Part shown: positions 14,688 through 27,552 of the stretch, piece after piece | Layout of the letters: the number at the start of each line of letters is the position of its first letter | How positions within the stretch are numbered: the first letter of the stretch is position 1 | From: Eledone cirrhosa | Taxonomy: Eukaryota | DNA length: 64,000 nucleotides | Assembly (NCBI GenBank): GCA_964016885.1 | Contig: OZ024754.1 | Location: 45,384,001-45,448,000, forward strand | Reading direction: 5' to 3' | Translations under genes and position numbers: made by a program | Notes under the pieces: generated by a model | What the model was told of the DNA's origin: nothing | The model's input: only the letters and a program-made list of their open reading frames with translations | Databases searched by the model: none

Positions 14688-14779
14688 AGGGCAGTGTATT
14701 GGGAATATCGGTAGAGCGTCGGACAACATGCTTTGCTGCATAGTGTTATGGACCTTTACGTTCTGATTTCAAATCCCGT
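14688..14779 (+). mobile_element. SINE family 1, 5' (tRNA-like) head only
   Basis: AGGGCAGTGTATTGGGAATATCGGTAGAGCGTCGGAC...CTGATTTCAAATCCCG. Confidence 0.75.
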
Positions 14780-14831
14780 TTCGACAGCTGGGACCGAACT
14801 CCGGTATCTTACCACACCGTCTTTGTTTATA

Positions 14832-14860
<29 letters not shown>

Positions 14861-14870
<10 letters not shown>

Positions 14871-15338
14871 CGTAAGATAAGAAAATTATAAAATTATAAA
14901 AAGATTATAAAATTGACTTACTTACTAAAATATCACTTTCAACTAATTAGTTTCTGGAATGGAGTAAATATATTTTCCGAAGAACATAAAGAAAAGCATT
15001 CCGTCGTCAGGAAAGTCTCTTTTCGTGTAAGTTTCCAGGCATAGCGAGGACTCTGGAAACTTATTAAAAAAATAATTCAGTTTTTTAATAAGTTTCCAGA
15101 GTCCTCGCTATGCCTGGAAACTTACACGAAAAGAGAATTTCCTGACGACGGAATGCTTTTCTTTATGTTCTTCGGAAAATATATTTACTCCATTCCAGAA
15201 ACTAATTAGTTGAAAGTGATATTTTAGTAAGTCAATTTTATAATCTTTTTATAATTTTATAATTTTCTTATCTTACGTCTCTCATATTACTGTTCTGCAA
15301 CCCCATGCATTGAACCACAACGTTACTAAGACAAAACC
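14861..15338. mobile_element. Large fold-back element B (~210-bp arms) with a hammerhead in each arm
   Basis: Arms 14861-15071 and 15081-15287 differ by one substitution and one 4-bp indel. 9-nt loop, short unpaired tail, left end in (TA)n. Confidence 0.9.
14935..15016 (-). ncRNA. Type I hammerhead ribozyme motif with enlarged stem-loop II
   Basis: Minus strand: ACTTTC-CTGACGA-C-GGAATG-(33 nt)-CATTCC-A-GAAA-CTAATTAG-TT-GAAAGT. 6-bp helix I, palindromic helix III, GUU triplet. Mirror copy on plus at 15136-15217 has one helix-I mismatch. Confidence 0.75.
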
Positions 15339-15398
15339 TATATATTTGCTAGCATTGATATGCATCTGTATGTATATAAATGTTACTAGATATAAATT

Positions 15399-15475
<77 letters not shown>

Positions 15476-15681
15476 GTCTGTTTGTTTATGCAATTTTGTA
15501 CGTGTATGCATTTACCTACGTAGTATTTGAGAAAGTCAGTTCTGAAAATTAATTTGCACATATAGACGTGTTCGAACACAAAGGAATTACATACCAAAAT
15601 GTACGCAATGTACAGCAAGACATACATATTGTTGTGTGTGGCTGTGCTGTCCTTGTGTGCATGTGGGTGTGTTGTACGTGC

Positions 15682-15755
15682 GTGTGTGGCTGTGCTGCAC
15701 ATGTGTGTGTGGCTGTGCTGCACATGTGTGTGTGGCTGTGCTGCACATGTGTGTG
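15682..15755. repeat. 23-bp minisatellite, 3 copies
   Basis: GTGTGTGTGGCTGTGCTGCACAT repeated. Confidence 0.9.
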
Positions 15756-15866
15756 CGGGAATCTGTACAGAGCAGAGTTATACCATTATTTTACAATACG
15801 TTAGAAAGAACATTCTGTTAAACAATGAGGCTATCAAATATTTGCAGATGTATCTATCAATCTGTC

Positions 15867-16169
<303 letters not shown>

Positions 16170-16180
16170 ATAATAATAAT

Positions 16181-16489
16181 AGAGAACGTCTCTATGAACC
16201 ACCTAATAGAACATTAGTCTACGACTTCTTTTATACCATAAACGTGGTTCTGTCTTTGCGTGTAATTGTTTTTCACCGCTCCTATTAATGACGTATTATA
16301 TTCGTTTTTTCCCGTTCTTTGCCAGGGAACGCTAATACGAACCAAAGTATCGTCTTCCTGTCTTCCTCCGGTTGCAACGTGTTTTAAAATATTCACTTCT
16401 GCCTTCACAGATTGACTTTGTTAGTTTCAGAAGATCCCGTTAAGGGTGAAAGCACCGATTTTTTGCTTAAACTTTAATCTGTTATTTTA

Positions 16490-16494
<5 letters not shown>
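16181..16494 (+). mobile_element. Probable PLE terminus fragment with degenerate hammerhead core
   Basis: CAGAAGA-T-CCC-GTTAA-GGG-T-GAAAGC at 16428-16453, then AATAAA, between TA-rich tracts. Confidence 0.45.
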
Positions 16495-16535
<41 letters not shown>

Positions 16536-16570
16536 AGAGATAGAAATACAGAGAGAAAAGTAACTATAAA

Positions 16571-16613
<43 letters not shown>

Positions 16614-17096
16614 GTGTGTTTATAGAATGTATATATGTTAGACATATATATGTATGTATGCATAGGTATGTGTGTAGGGATGTATGCGTACACATATGTA
16701 TGTGTATTTGTGTCTGTGTATAACGTGCAAGTCCAGGCACCATTTGTCTTGAATGACAGTGAAAAAACAACAGGAACGAGTCATTATGCAAATGAGTGTC
16801 TAAGCTGTAGGTGCCTCATATATGTATTTCGAACACATCCTATTTGGTTTTTCTATTGTTTCTCTAATATGTATTCCACATGAACAAAAAACAACATCTT
16901 TATCACGGCAAACGTTTTCGTTTAGATGACAGCTGTTTAAATATATCCACACTTTAATTAATATCACATATCACACAAACTCTAATAGATTAACAATGGG
17001 AAGCATGAATACATTCACCAGCTCCACGGATGAATGAATCACATTAATGTGTATTTCATTTATATTTGTGTATATAGTCTCAACTAAGTGTGAGTG

Positions 17097-17161
<65 letters not shown>

Positions 17162-17265
17162 GTGTGTGTGTGTATGCGTAAGTGTATGTGTTTGTGTGTG
17201 TTTGCGTGAGTTGTTTTGATCGCTTGTGTCTCATATCCGTCTTCCCATCTTTACTTTTACTACTG

Positions 17266-17352
<87 letters not shown>

Positions 17353-18599
17353 GTGTGGGTGTGTATGTGTGTGTGTTTTCTTATGTTCCGATTCCAACTC
17401 ACATATTGCTGTCGTGTAAAACTGCTCTCATTATTTGCATTTTCTATTTGAGTTTCAATAAATAAGATGTGTTATGTCTATTTAATAATTGATGCATGTA
17501 AATACGTGGCCAACCTCACCACCAACTACCAACACCAATTATATCACAGCCTCGTTCACACACACATCTCTCCTTCATCAATGCTTCTAGTTTTAGAGTT
17601 ACTTAAAATATATAAATAATGTACATATTGTTATATTAATATTTAAAACATCTGTATCTTTAGCTGGAATATAAGATCTTTAAAATTGAGCTGAAGTACG
17701 TATCTTTTTATTACTTCTCACACCATCACATCAGACCTTTACTGCCTCACCTTTTAGTACTATATATATATATAAGAGAGTGTTGTATATATTAATAATA
17801 ATAACACTATTGTTGATATTAGGTTGAAACTTTACCCATTCCCGATGGTTTCAGAATAAAACCAAAAGTAAATTTTAGAACATAATCTTTTAAAGAATTT
17901 AAACATTTCTAATTATGTAGCTATACGACCTCGGATCGAAGTTCTATCGGCTGAAACATGTGTTAGTTTAATAATATGTTGATTATTTTGTGCTTTTCAT
18001 AAATATTATATATAGATGTGTGTGTGTGTTTTTTAATATAATTATTTTAATATGCATTAATATATTGATTATAATGTCATTATAATTTCTACTTAAGTAA
18101 ATAAATGTGTATTTGTGACAAATAAGTTTTACCATTTCTCTCATCACATGTCAAACTATTCGTAAATAATTATTACAACATATCATGGTATTATCTCACC
18201 AGAAGTGTGAAATTTCTGCTCTTATCTAGTATGTCATTCATAGAGAAGGACAACTGTTTTGTAATTCCTGCGACACAATCATATTTGTCGTTCTAGATAT
18301 ATAAATGCATGAAAAGTATATACAACTGAGTTTAAATTTGTACTATGTCAAGATGCGAATTTATACTAGATTTCAACGGTTTAGTGCACAATCAAGTTCT
18401 AATTCCGAAAAGCTCTATTCATGTGAATGCTAAAATACTTTTCAAACCCACTAATTGCCCTGAGAAACCAACCTTTCCAATATGCCGTTTCATCTTTTAG
18501 ACAATGGTGTGTTATTTGAGACAATGATAGATGCTATGAATGCTAGCAGGCTGATTGTTATTTAATAGAGAAAGAGAAAGATGGATGTTGAGGATTCCA

Positions 18600-19080
18600 G
18601 TAGGCTGATCGCACGCAAAGGGGCATGTACGTGGTACTGTTCATCTCTAGGCCAACACGGATTAATTATATCTCGCTTCATAGCTGTTCCAACTTGTATG
18701 TTTACTAGAATCTTGTTCTATATTACGTTACCTCGCAGGCAAACATGACGGCTTCGTTTGAGGCCGATTTTTGTATTAATTCTATCAAGGCCAAACTTTA
18801 CATAGAGTTCCTTGTCTGGAAAGTTCTGTTCAAAGTTGTGGTGGCAGTTATTGCTAATTGTTTAACCTTCTTTTAATGACGTCATCCTGCTGTTAACATA
18901 CTTTCTCGCTAAAACATAGATGTTCGTTGAAATATCAGACTCGTCCCCAATCTTACTGCAAGAGACAAACTTCCCATTGAATGAGTAAAGAAATTTACCT
19001 TCACAGTTTATCATACTAGGATTAAGAAATATATCATGTCGCCTTTTAATGTCATGATCTTCTACGTTCGGTTTGACAAT
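18600..19080 (-). pseudogene. Highly decayed hAT-like transposase fragment
   Basis: Minus-strand peptides in the expected order, with stops and frameshifts: LSNRT, FVSCSKIGDESDIS (cf. FSLALDESTDIS), RKYVNS..LKEG, ASNEAVM (cf. TDGASVM). Confidence 0.4.
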
Positions 19081-19178
19081 AGTTTCGTTAGAAGAGACTA
19101 ATGAAAAAAATAGATTTATACATTTCGAATATTATTAACTTCTTTTGCACTGTATACATACACACACACACACACACA

Positions 19179-19267
<89 letters not shown>

Positions 19268-19274
<7 letters not shown>

Positions 19275-19478
19275 ATATAGAAAAGGTCTCTACAGGTCTA
19301 GAACTGTTTCATTCGGGAGAAATCATCAGGAAGCTGGCAGTCGGCTTCTTGATGATGTCTTCCGAATGAAACAGTTCTAGTCCAGTAGAAGGTTTTTCGA
19401 TATTAAATATTTATACTCTGCTTTGTATTGAGTACCTTACTTACTGTGGTTACCCCCGATTGAACCCGGGATAAACTT
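19268..19478 (+). mobile_element. Fold-back element, family C copy 1, with HHR-like core in both arms
   Basis: Imperfect arms ~19268-19335 and 19342-19410. Minus arm reads CTGATGA-TTTC-TCCC-GAAT-GAAAC, plus arm reads TTGATGA...GAAAC. Tail homologous to 23985-24124. Confidence 0.8.
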
Positions 19479-19480
19479 AT

Positions 19481-19525
<45 letters not shown>

Positions 19526-20091
19526 TATGTGTGTGTTTGTACATATATATATACCGAGAGATATAGATAGATAGATAGGTAGTTCTAATTATACTGATAA
19601 CTCACCGCCCTAATGAAGAGCACAATTAAAAGTAGATTATCACTGTGTGTCTGTGAGTGTTTGTACATAAATACTCGTATTGATAGTAGATTGTGTGTAA
19701 GGATGTTTCATGTTAGAAACGAAAAAAAACGTTCTCATATATCACGTGCTATTAATGATGATTAATATTAGATAAACCACATTAGAATTAGCAACGATAA
19801 TGTCAGACAACAACATAATATTGCTACTTGTTAATTTACTGAAACATATGAAGTTCTAAGATTCAACAAAAATAATTAGATTTATTTGGTGGTAGACATG
19901 GCATTTAGCCATATAAAATATGAATTACATGGGAATAAATGCTGTATCCGCAAATTTAAATTGTTGTTAATTCCGACACAGATATACACACATACATATA
20001 CACACAGATGTATATATATATATGTATGTGTATATATATATATATATATACATACATATATATATATTCACGCACACATACATACCCATAA

Positions 20092-20131
<40 letters not shown>

Positions 20132-20144
20132 AGAGAGAGAGGGA

Positions 20145-20219
<75 letters not shown>

Positions 20220-20311
20220 TGCGTCCGATCGACCTAAAGTTGTCACGAGAAAGGAATAATAATAATTATAATAAGAATAATAAACATATATATATATATA
20301 TATATACATAA

Positions 20312-20346
<35 letters not shown>

Positions 20347-20373
20347 GTATATATATACATGTATATATATATG

Positions 20374-20426
<53 letters not shown>

Positions 20427-21526
20427 TTATATATATATATATACACACAACCATTTCTTTTTAGGCAGTGTTACAACATGTTTTAAATAATATTTTTCTG
20501 CTCTATGTATCACATCCAAGGATCGCTTAAACCCACTTACGATGTCAAATCTGTAAAAGTGGTATTTGCCATGATCATGATAGATGGAGGTTAGATCAAC
20601 TATATAATCTCTCAATCATTTTGAAGAGAAGTTATGTATAATAACGTTTTCACAAATATCCGTAATATGTCTCCTTACAGAAAAATACCGTACTGAACTA
20701 TGTTAGCCACATTGATTTTATTTAAAGCTGAAGCGGAAACGATTTATACTTTAAAATAAGAATACCACAAAATAGCAAATATATTCTCCTAAATATGTAT
20801 CTTTATACACAACCGTACCTATAAATATATTTAGAAGCAAACACTGTTTTATTACGTAACACTAAAGATAAATTTCCCTAAACGAATTTGAGAATTTGCG
20901 AAGTTCAGGCTTTATAATATAGATTTCCACTTAAACCGAGAGTTTGTTTATTGGCTTTATACATAAAGTGATTCGTCTCGAGAGTTGGTATTGCCATAAT
21001 CTATCACTTGTTTCATGGAATTATCACTTCGTTCTATTTTGTTGCAGTGCAGTTTAACGTTTTCACAAATATATCTCACTCCGCTGATAGAAACAATAGG
21101 AAAGTGGTTAAAATCCTGATGGAATAGTTACCATGTCTTCTCCGGAAAACTTCTGTAGTTTGTGATATAAAAGGCTGTAGGTGCAGCTGAAAATATATAA
21201 CATATTCCATATTACAAATAAAGAAAGAAAACAAACCATTCTACATTCTACAAAAAGCCACACTATGTTATTTTGCAAGACTCGCAGCATAATAGCAATA
21301 ACACTACACACACACACATACACACACACACATACACACACACACATACGCACAGACACACACACAAAAACACACACACACACACTCATACACATACTCT
21401 GAGTGAAACTGTCACGCTCACATGCTCATATACACATATGCCAAAATGTATATATATATATATATATATATGCATATATATTTATATATATGCATATATA
21501 TATATATATACAATATATATATACCA

Positions 21527-21578
<52 letters not shown>

Positions 21579-21689
21579 GTTTGAATTAAAATCTCATCAA
21601 AAGTAACACAATAACTAACATGGAATGCGAAGGGAATAGACTTGATGCATATATCTATAAAAGAAAGAAGGTATATATAGATATATAGG

Positions 21690-22160
<471 letters not shown>

Positions 22161-22729
22161 ATGTATGCACGTCTGTCTGAAAATGGAGAAATGTTTGAAA
22201 CAAGAACAATATAGCTAAGAGAGTGCTGGAATAAATCAGACATCTATTGTTAAAAACAAAATAATCCTGTGCCAGCTGTTCGGGAAGATCTTCCATTCTC
22301 CTATGGAAACTCAATTTCCGTTACTTAGCTGGGGGAAAATTCTATTGGCACTATTTTTTCTGAGTGTTGCATAATATCATACATTCTTATACATTCTTAT
22401 ATGAAGCCACAAACTCAAATTCACACAAATAGACTCACACAGACATATATATACACACACACACACAAACAGCCATATGATGCCACACACGCATATATGA
22501 TACCACACACATAGGTAGATAGATAGATATATAATAGATAGATAATAGATAGATAGATAGATAGATAGATAGAATGCTTGATAGATTGGTAGATATATAT
22601 ATATATAGATAGATATGTATATGGAGAGATATGCACATATATATTTGGATATGTCCATGTATATTTTCATGAATATTCATATTCATATTTCACTCTCTCT
22701 CTCTTTCTCTCTGTCTCTCTCTCTTTCTC

Positions 22730-22787
<58 letters not shown>

Positions 22788-22969
22788 ATATATATATATA
22801 CAATGCAATCCTAGACAAAAGACAAGAACAGACACCGAGTGTATGGTAGGTGAAAGGACAAGAATATATTTTGAAAGAGCTCGCGGCTCAACAAGAAGCA
22901 TAATTATGTCTCTCACAACAACAATAACATCAATGACTGAGACTCAAAGAATATTAATAATAATAATAA

Positions 22970-23130
22970 TAATTTCTGATTTACGCTAAAGGCCACCAAT
23001 TTTGGGTGAAGGGAAAATCGATTAAATCGAACCTAGTGTGTTACTTGTAATTTATTTATCGACCTTGTATGTATAACAGGCAAAGCTAACCTAGGTGGGA
23101 TGTGAAATCAGAACGTAAATGGCCATAACT
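22970..23130 (-). mobile_element. SINE family 1 (long form), diverged
   Basis: AAGGCCACCAATTTTGGGTGAAGGGAAAATCGATTAAATCGAACC...TTTATCGACC...GGCAAAG...GGGATGTGAAATCAGAACG, next to a (TAA)n tail. Confidence 0.8.
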
Positions 23131-23366
23131 ATATAATAATAACAATTATAATAACAATAATGACCTTTTAATTTGCTTCAAATGTATCGGCTGAAGGGTT
23201 CATTATAGATTATAATTACAACTTACAAAACTGTTTGGAACCCTCTAAGAAATGTAATACTCATCTTTTTCCCCTTCTTAGAGGGTTCTAAACTCTACCA
23301 TCAGGCCAAAATGTCTCTAGTCAAGTAAAAAACATGGCGAAATCTTCTATATCTATTATATATATG

Positions 23367-23461
<95 letters not shown>

Positions 23462-23463
<2 letters not shown>

Positions 23464-23600
23464 CGAAGGAAATGTGGTAAGGAACCAGATGGTCCATAAC
23501 GCACCAGAGTACTCTATACTTAGGGGAGTAGAGTGGGTAATAGGAAAAAGTATGACCCTGACGGCAGAGCTCAAGCCGTTTCGGCGGCTATTTCTGGACT
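23462..23600 (-). mobile_element. Family A copy 3 (single arm, no fold-back)
   Basis: Colinear with 727-865, abuts (TA)n. Confidence 0.85.
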
Positions 23601-23627
23601 AAACTATAAAATTCTAATTTAGGTCAT

Positions 23628-23684
<57 letters not shown>

Positions 23685-23914
23685 CGGGATGTTTGTTTAC
23701 AAACACACCGAGCATTATAATAAATGTTCGGTGAATCCATACGTACACATATATATGTGAGCATGTATGTATATATATATATATATACATACTACTGTGC
23801 GTCTGTATACATATATGTATGTACGTGTACATACTTATATTTAAGTAACAGCCGTACTAAGAGTGGGAAATGAAATTTCGTTTCATTTTTTCCGTATATA
23901 TATATATGTGTGTG

Positions 23915-23983
<69 letters not shown>

Positions 23984-23984
23984 G

Positions 23985-24124
23985 ACAGTCGGCTTTCTTG
24001 ATGCTTTCTTCCAAATGAAACTGTTCTAGTCCTATAGAAGCCATTTCTATATGTTTATACTCTGCTATGTATTGAGTACCTTAATTACTGTAGTTATACC
24101 CGATTGAACCGGGATAAACATACC
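23985..24124 (+). mobile_element. Family C copy 2 (single arm)
   Basis: Colinear with 19338-19478, inside (TA)n. Confidence 0.85.
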
Positions 24125-24200
<76 letters not shown>

Positions 24201-24202
24201 CG

Positions 24203-24235
<33 letters not shown>

Positions 24236-24811
24236 CCTTGCGCGTGTGTGTATTTCTTAGTAAGTTATACCTTTTACCATTAAGGTGTCATTAAAATACC
24301 ATGGCATAACCGTTTTGCTGCAGTTTAGACAATGATTGACAGTAGTCAAAGAAAATTATTATTAGAATTAATATTAATAACAACAGGGAACCAAAAGTAT
24401 ACATGATGGTCATTGTAGAGGTTATGTAGGACACCAAGACTCTTCTGACAACTAGAATCAATGAGGCATGTAAAAAGCCTTCTAAATGATAGATAGAAGT
24501 GCAATTACCTATGAACTCATGCATATGTTTCCATACCCCCCGCCCATAGGCACAGACACACACACATATATACATATATATATACATATATATAATTAAG
24601 TTAAAGTGTACATCTACATATGTATACGGAAGTATTAGTATGCATATAAATACACACATGTATACATATGTACATGTACTCAGCTTTTCACTAGACACTT
24701 TACAGTGAGTGTCAGCTAGTCTGTATGTAACCACACAGGCGGACCGGGTTTTAGAGTCATACGAGTTTTCAAGGAAACACATTTCCTCTATTCTCCAGAG
24801 GGCCAGACAGG

Positions 24812-24856
24812 AATATTGGACTAGTTTCGATGTTATTACATCTCATCAGCAATATT
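24812..24856 (-). ncRNA. Canonical minimal type I hammerhead ribozyme
   Basis: Minus strand AATATTG-CTGATGA-GATGT-AATA-ACATC-GAAA-CTAG-TC-CAATATT: 7-bp helix I, intact core, 5-bp helix II, palindromic helix III (ACTAGT), GUC triplet. Predicted cut between 24819 and 24818. Confidence 0.9.
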
Positions 24857-25174
24857 TACCCATCTTCCGGCTTCTCTGGCACCCTCACATCTTTCTGTGT
24901 CTTTTCTTCCTTTCTCTCTACGTCACTCTATCCCCACTTTCTCTATCTCTCTCTCTCTCTCAATCTCTCTCCCGCACACTATATTTATATTTATATATTT
25001 ATATATATATACAAATTTTAGTACAGCATTAACGAATCTTTAGGCTGCGGCTAAGCTAACGAATGCAGATTCAGAATGTAGCTTTAGCACTCGGTGGAGA
25101 ATAATACCCCAGAGTTATAACAATACGTTTAGACAGCTTTGCAAATCAAATATAGCGATCGGCAGTCCAGCCGC

Positions 25175-25188
25175 ATTGCCATAGCAAC
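25175..25188. promoter_or_regulatory. RFX X-box-like motif
   Basis: ATTGCCATAGCAAC, one mismatch from GTTGCCATAGCAAC, in a locally CpG-richer non-repeat stretch. Confidence 0.3.
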
Positions 25189-25791
25189 GAAAAAGCCTGG
25201 ACTCAGGAAAAGATTTTTAATTGACCTGCACCATTACGCGGAGACCGAATGCAATACATAATGCATATCGTATAGCATACGATATACATCACATACAACA
25301 TACAACATCCACGCTTGGTTTCTGTAAATCCGAGATCGACTAATTCCGCTTGCAGGGGTATATACATACATATATATCTATGTATATATCTAAATATATA
25401 TAATGTATACTTCATGTAAGGCTTGCTTTCTAAATTGATTGATAAAAAAACCCACGTTTATCCACTCTCACACATTTCCCACCCTCCTGCATTTCAATTC
25501 TTTTACTGTATTTTATTTTCAAGAAAGATCTGACATAAACTTTAAGCAACTATGTTAGTTAGATGCTACTTTAGAAGAACGATGGCGAAAAAGATAAAAT
25601 AAGTCAAGTAAATATAAACATTTCTACCTATATAACAAGCTTGAAGTTAAAGTATTTAAAAAATGTATACGTTGAATAAAACGAAAAGTATCAGTTTATG
25701 AAAAAAATATTTCAAAATTTCAAAGACTTTGAATTTTTTTTCAATCTATAAACATTTTCTTATAAATCATGTCTCAAATATCCCTCTTTCC

Positions 25792-25919
<128 letters not shown>

Positions 25920-26019
25920 ATATATTTATGTAGATATACAGATATACACATACAGATATAAATTTATATATATATGTATATATATATAGATATAATATAT
26001 ATATATGTAGATATAAATT

Positions 26020-26065
<46 letters not shown>

Positions 26066-26112
26066 TATGCACTAACACTTATACATACACACACACACAT
26101 ACACACACACAC

Positions 26113-26156
<44 letters not shown>

Positions 26157-26623
26157 TTACATATACATTTACATATGCAAGTATAATTTTATGTAATTTA
26201 ATTTTTCAGTATTTTTTCTACCTCATTTCATTTACGTTCAAGTATTTCAGTAGATAAAATTTCTTACAAACACTGAAACAGAAGTATTGGAACGTCGTTA
26301 TATATTTTTGACACAAAGACACCCACTGAACATGAATACTCTCACATATACACATGTACTCATAGAAGCGTATGCAAACATTTCTGTGTATAAATGACTA
26401 TGTATACGCATGCGTAGGCTTGTATCTTTATACATTACATCAAAGCTATGTGTAGTGGTTACTTTATAACAGCAATGAACGCTTGGGAATGCGCTGTTAA
26501 GAATATAAATCAAAACGCAGATCTTCTCAATTAAAATAATTATGGCTTGAGAGCACTTATTTCAGAAATCATTATATATTTTCCTCTCTCCGATTCATAC
26601 CCTCTCCCTCTCTCCTTCTCTCA

Positions 26624-26657
<34 letters not shown>

Positions 26658-26997
26658 GACTCTGTGTGCGCACGTATGCATCAGTGTGTATATATCTATC
26701 TATGGGCTGCATATGATGCAATCACACCAATATATAGATATTTATTTAACTAGCATTTTGACGTTCAGGAAGATAAAATAATATTTTTCATTCGTTTCAC
26801 TCTTCTTCTTTGATTAATTAACTGTATAATATCCAGTGCTACAACATTCATCTCCTAGTTTCCACCTCGCTCTTATAATGTTCGCCCATTCCTGTTGACT
26901 CCGATAATCTTTCTGACGCATGGTTTGTTAATATCCTTAGTTTTCCGGCCATATTCTTCTCTATTTGGCTTCGAAAAAGACAAGGCACCATTGACAT

Positions 26998-27041
<44 letters not shown>

Positions 27042-27247
27042 GAAAGGTATAGAAATTGTTGTAGCGAGAAGCTAACAGTATTCCATAACATATATGCGAC
27101 TATAGCGTCAAAATGGGAAAACTAGTATATATATATATGTCAGTGTTATTGTTTTCCGGGATTTATCTTAACCTACAACATTTTCAACATATGGATTTCA
27201 TTGAGTTCTTCATGCAGAATAGACCCTACAACTTACTGTGGATATCT

Positions 27248-27285
<38 letters not shown>

Positions 27286-27314
27286 TCTTTATCTGTTACC
27301 ATTTTCACAATTTC

Positions 27315-27552
27315 CCTGCACCGAGTAGCGACACGTTCTTCGCCCCCAGCCTTGTTGTTTCGGAGACAAACACGGGCTCCGTTTGCCGCAATGCAGATGT
27401 GAGGAAAATTGTCAAATACCGTGGTCTGACTCATCGCTTCCTCTTTGTACCGTTCTACGTCGTGGCCTCTGGCGTCCTTGGTCCATGCATTGCTGATTTC
27501 CTTTGCAAAAATCGGTAAGACGGTGGCCCGCTTGAGGAGGAAGCGACGTGAT
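27315..27552 (+). pseudogene. CRE-clade non-LTR retrotransposon fragment (restriction-like endonuclease domain)
   Basis: Translation DTFFAPSLVVSETNTGSVCRNADVRKIVKYRGLTHRFLFVPFYVVASGVLGPCIADFLCK, then a frameshift to IGKTVAR. Matches the CRE RLE pattern DTxAPS..AGxAAxxAExRKxxKYxxL...FVPxAVETxGxxGPxAxxFLxxIG. Confidence 0.75.

Noticed and set aside
17915-17970. CTAATTA...GGCTGAAACATGT hammerhead-like remnant
   Set aside because: Two core mismatches and a weak helix II, so it could be chance.
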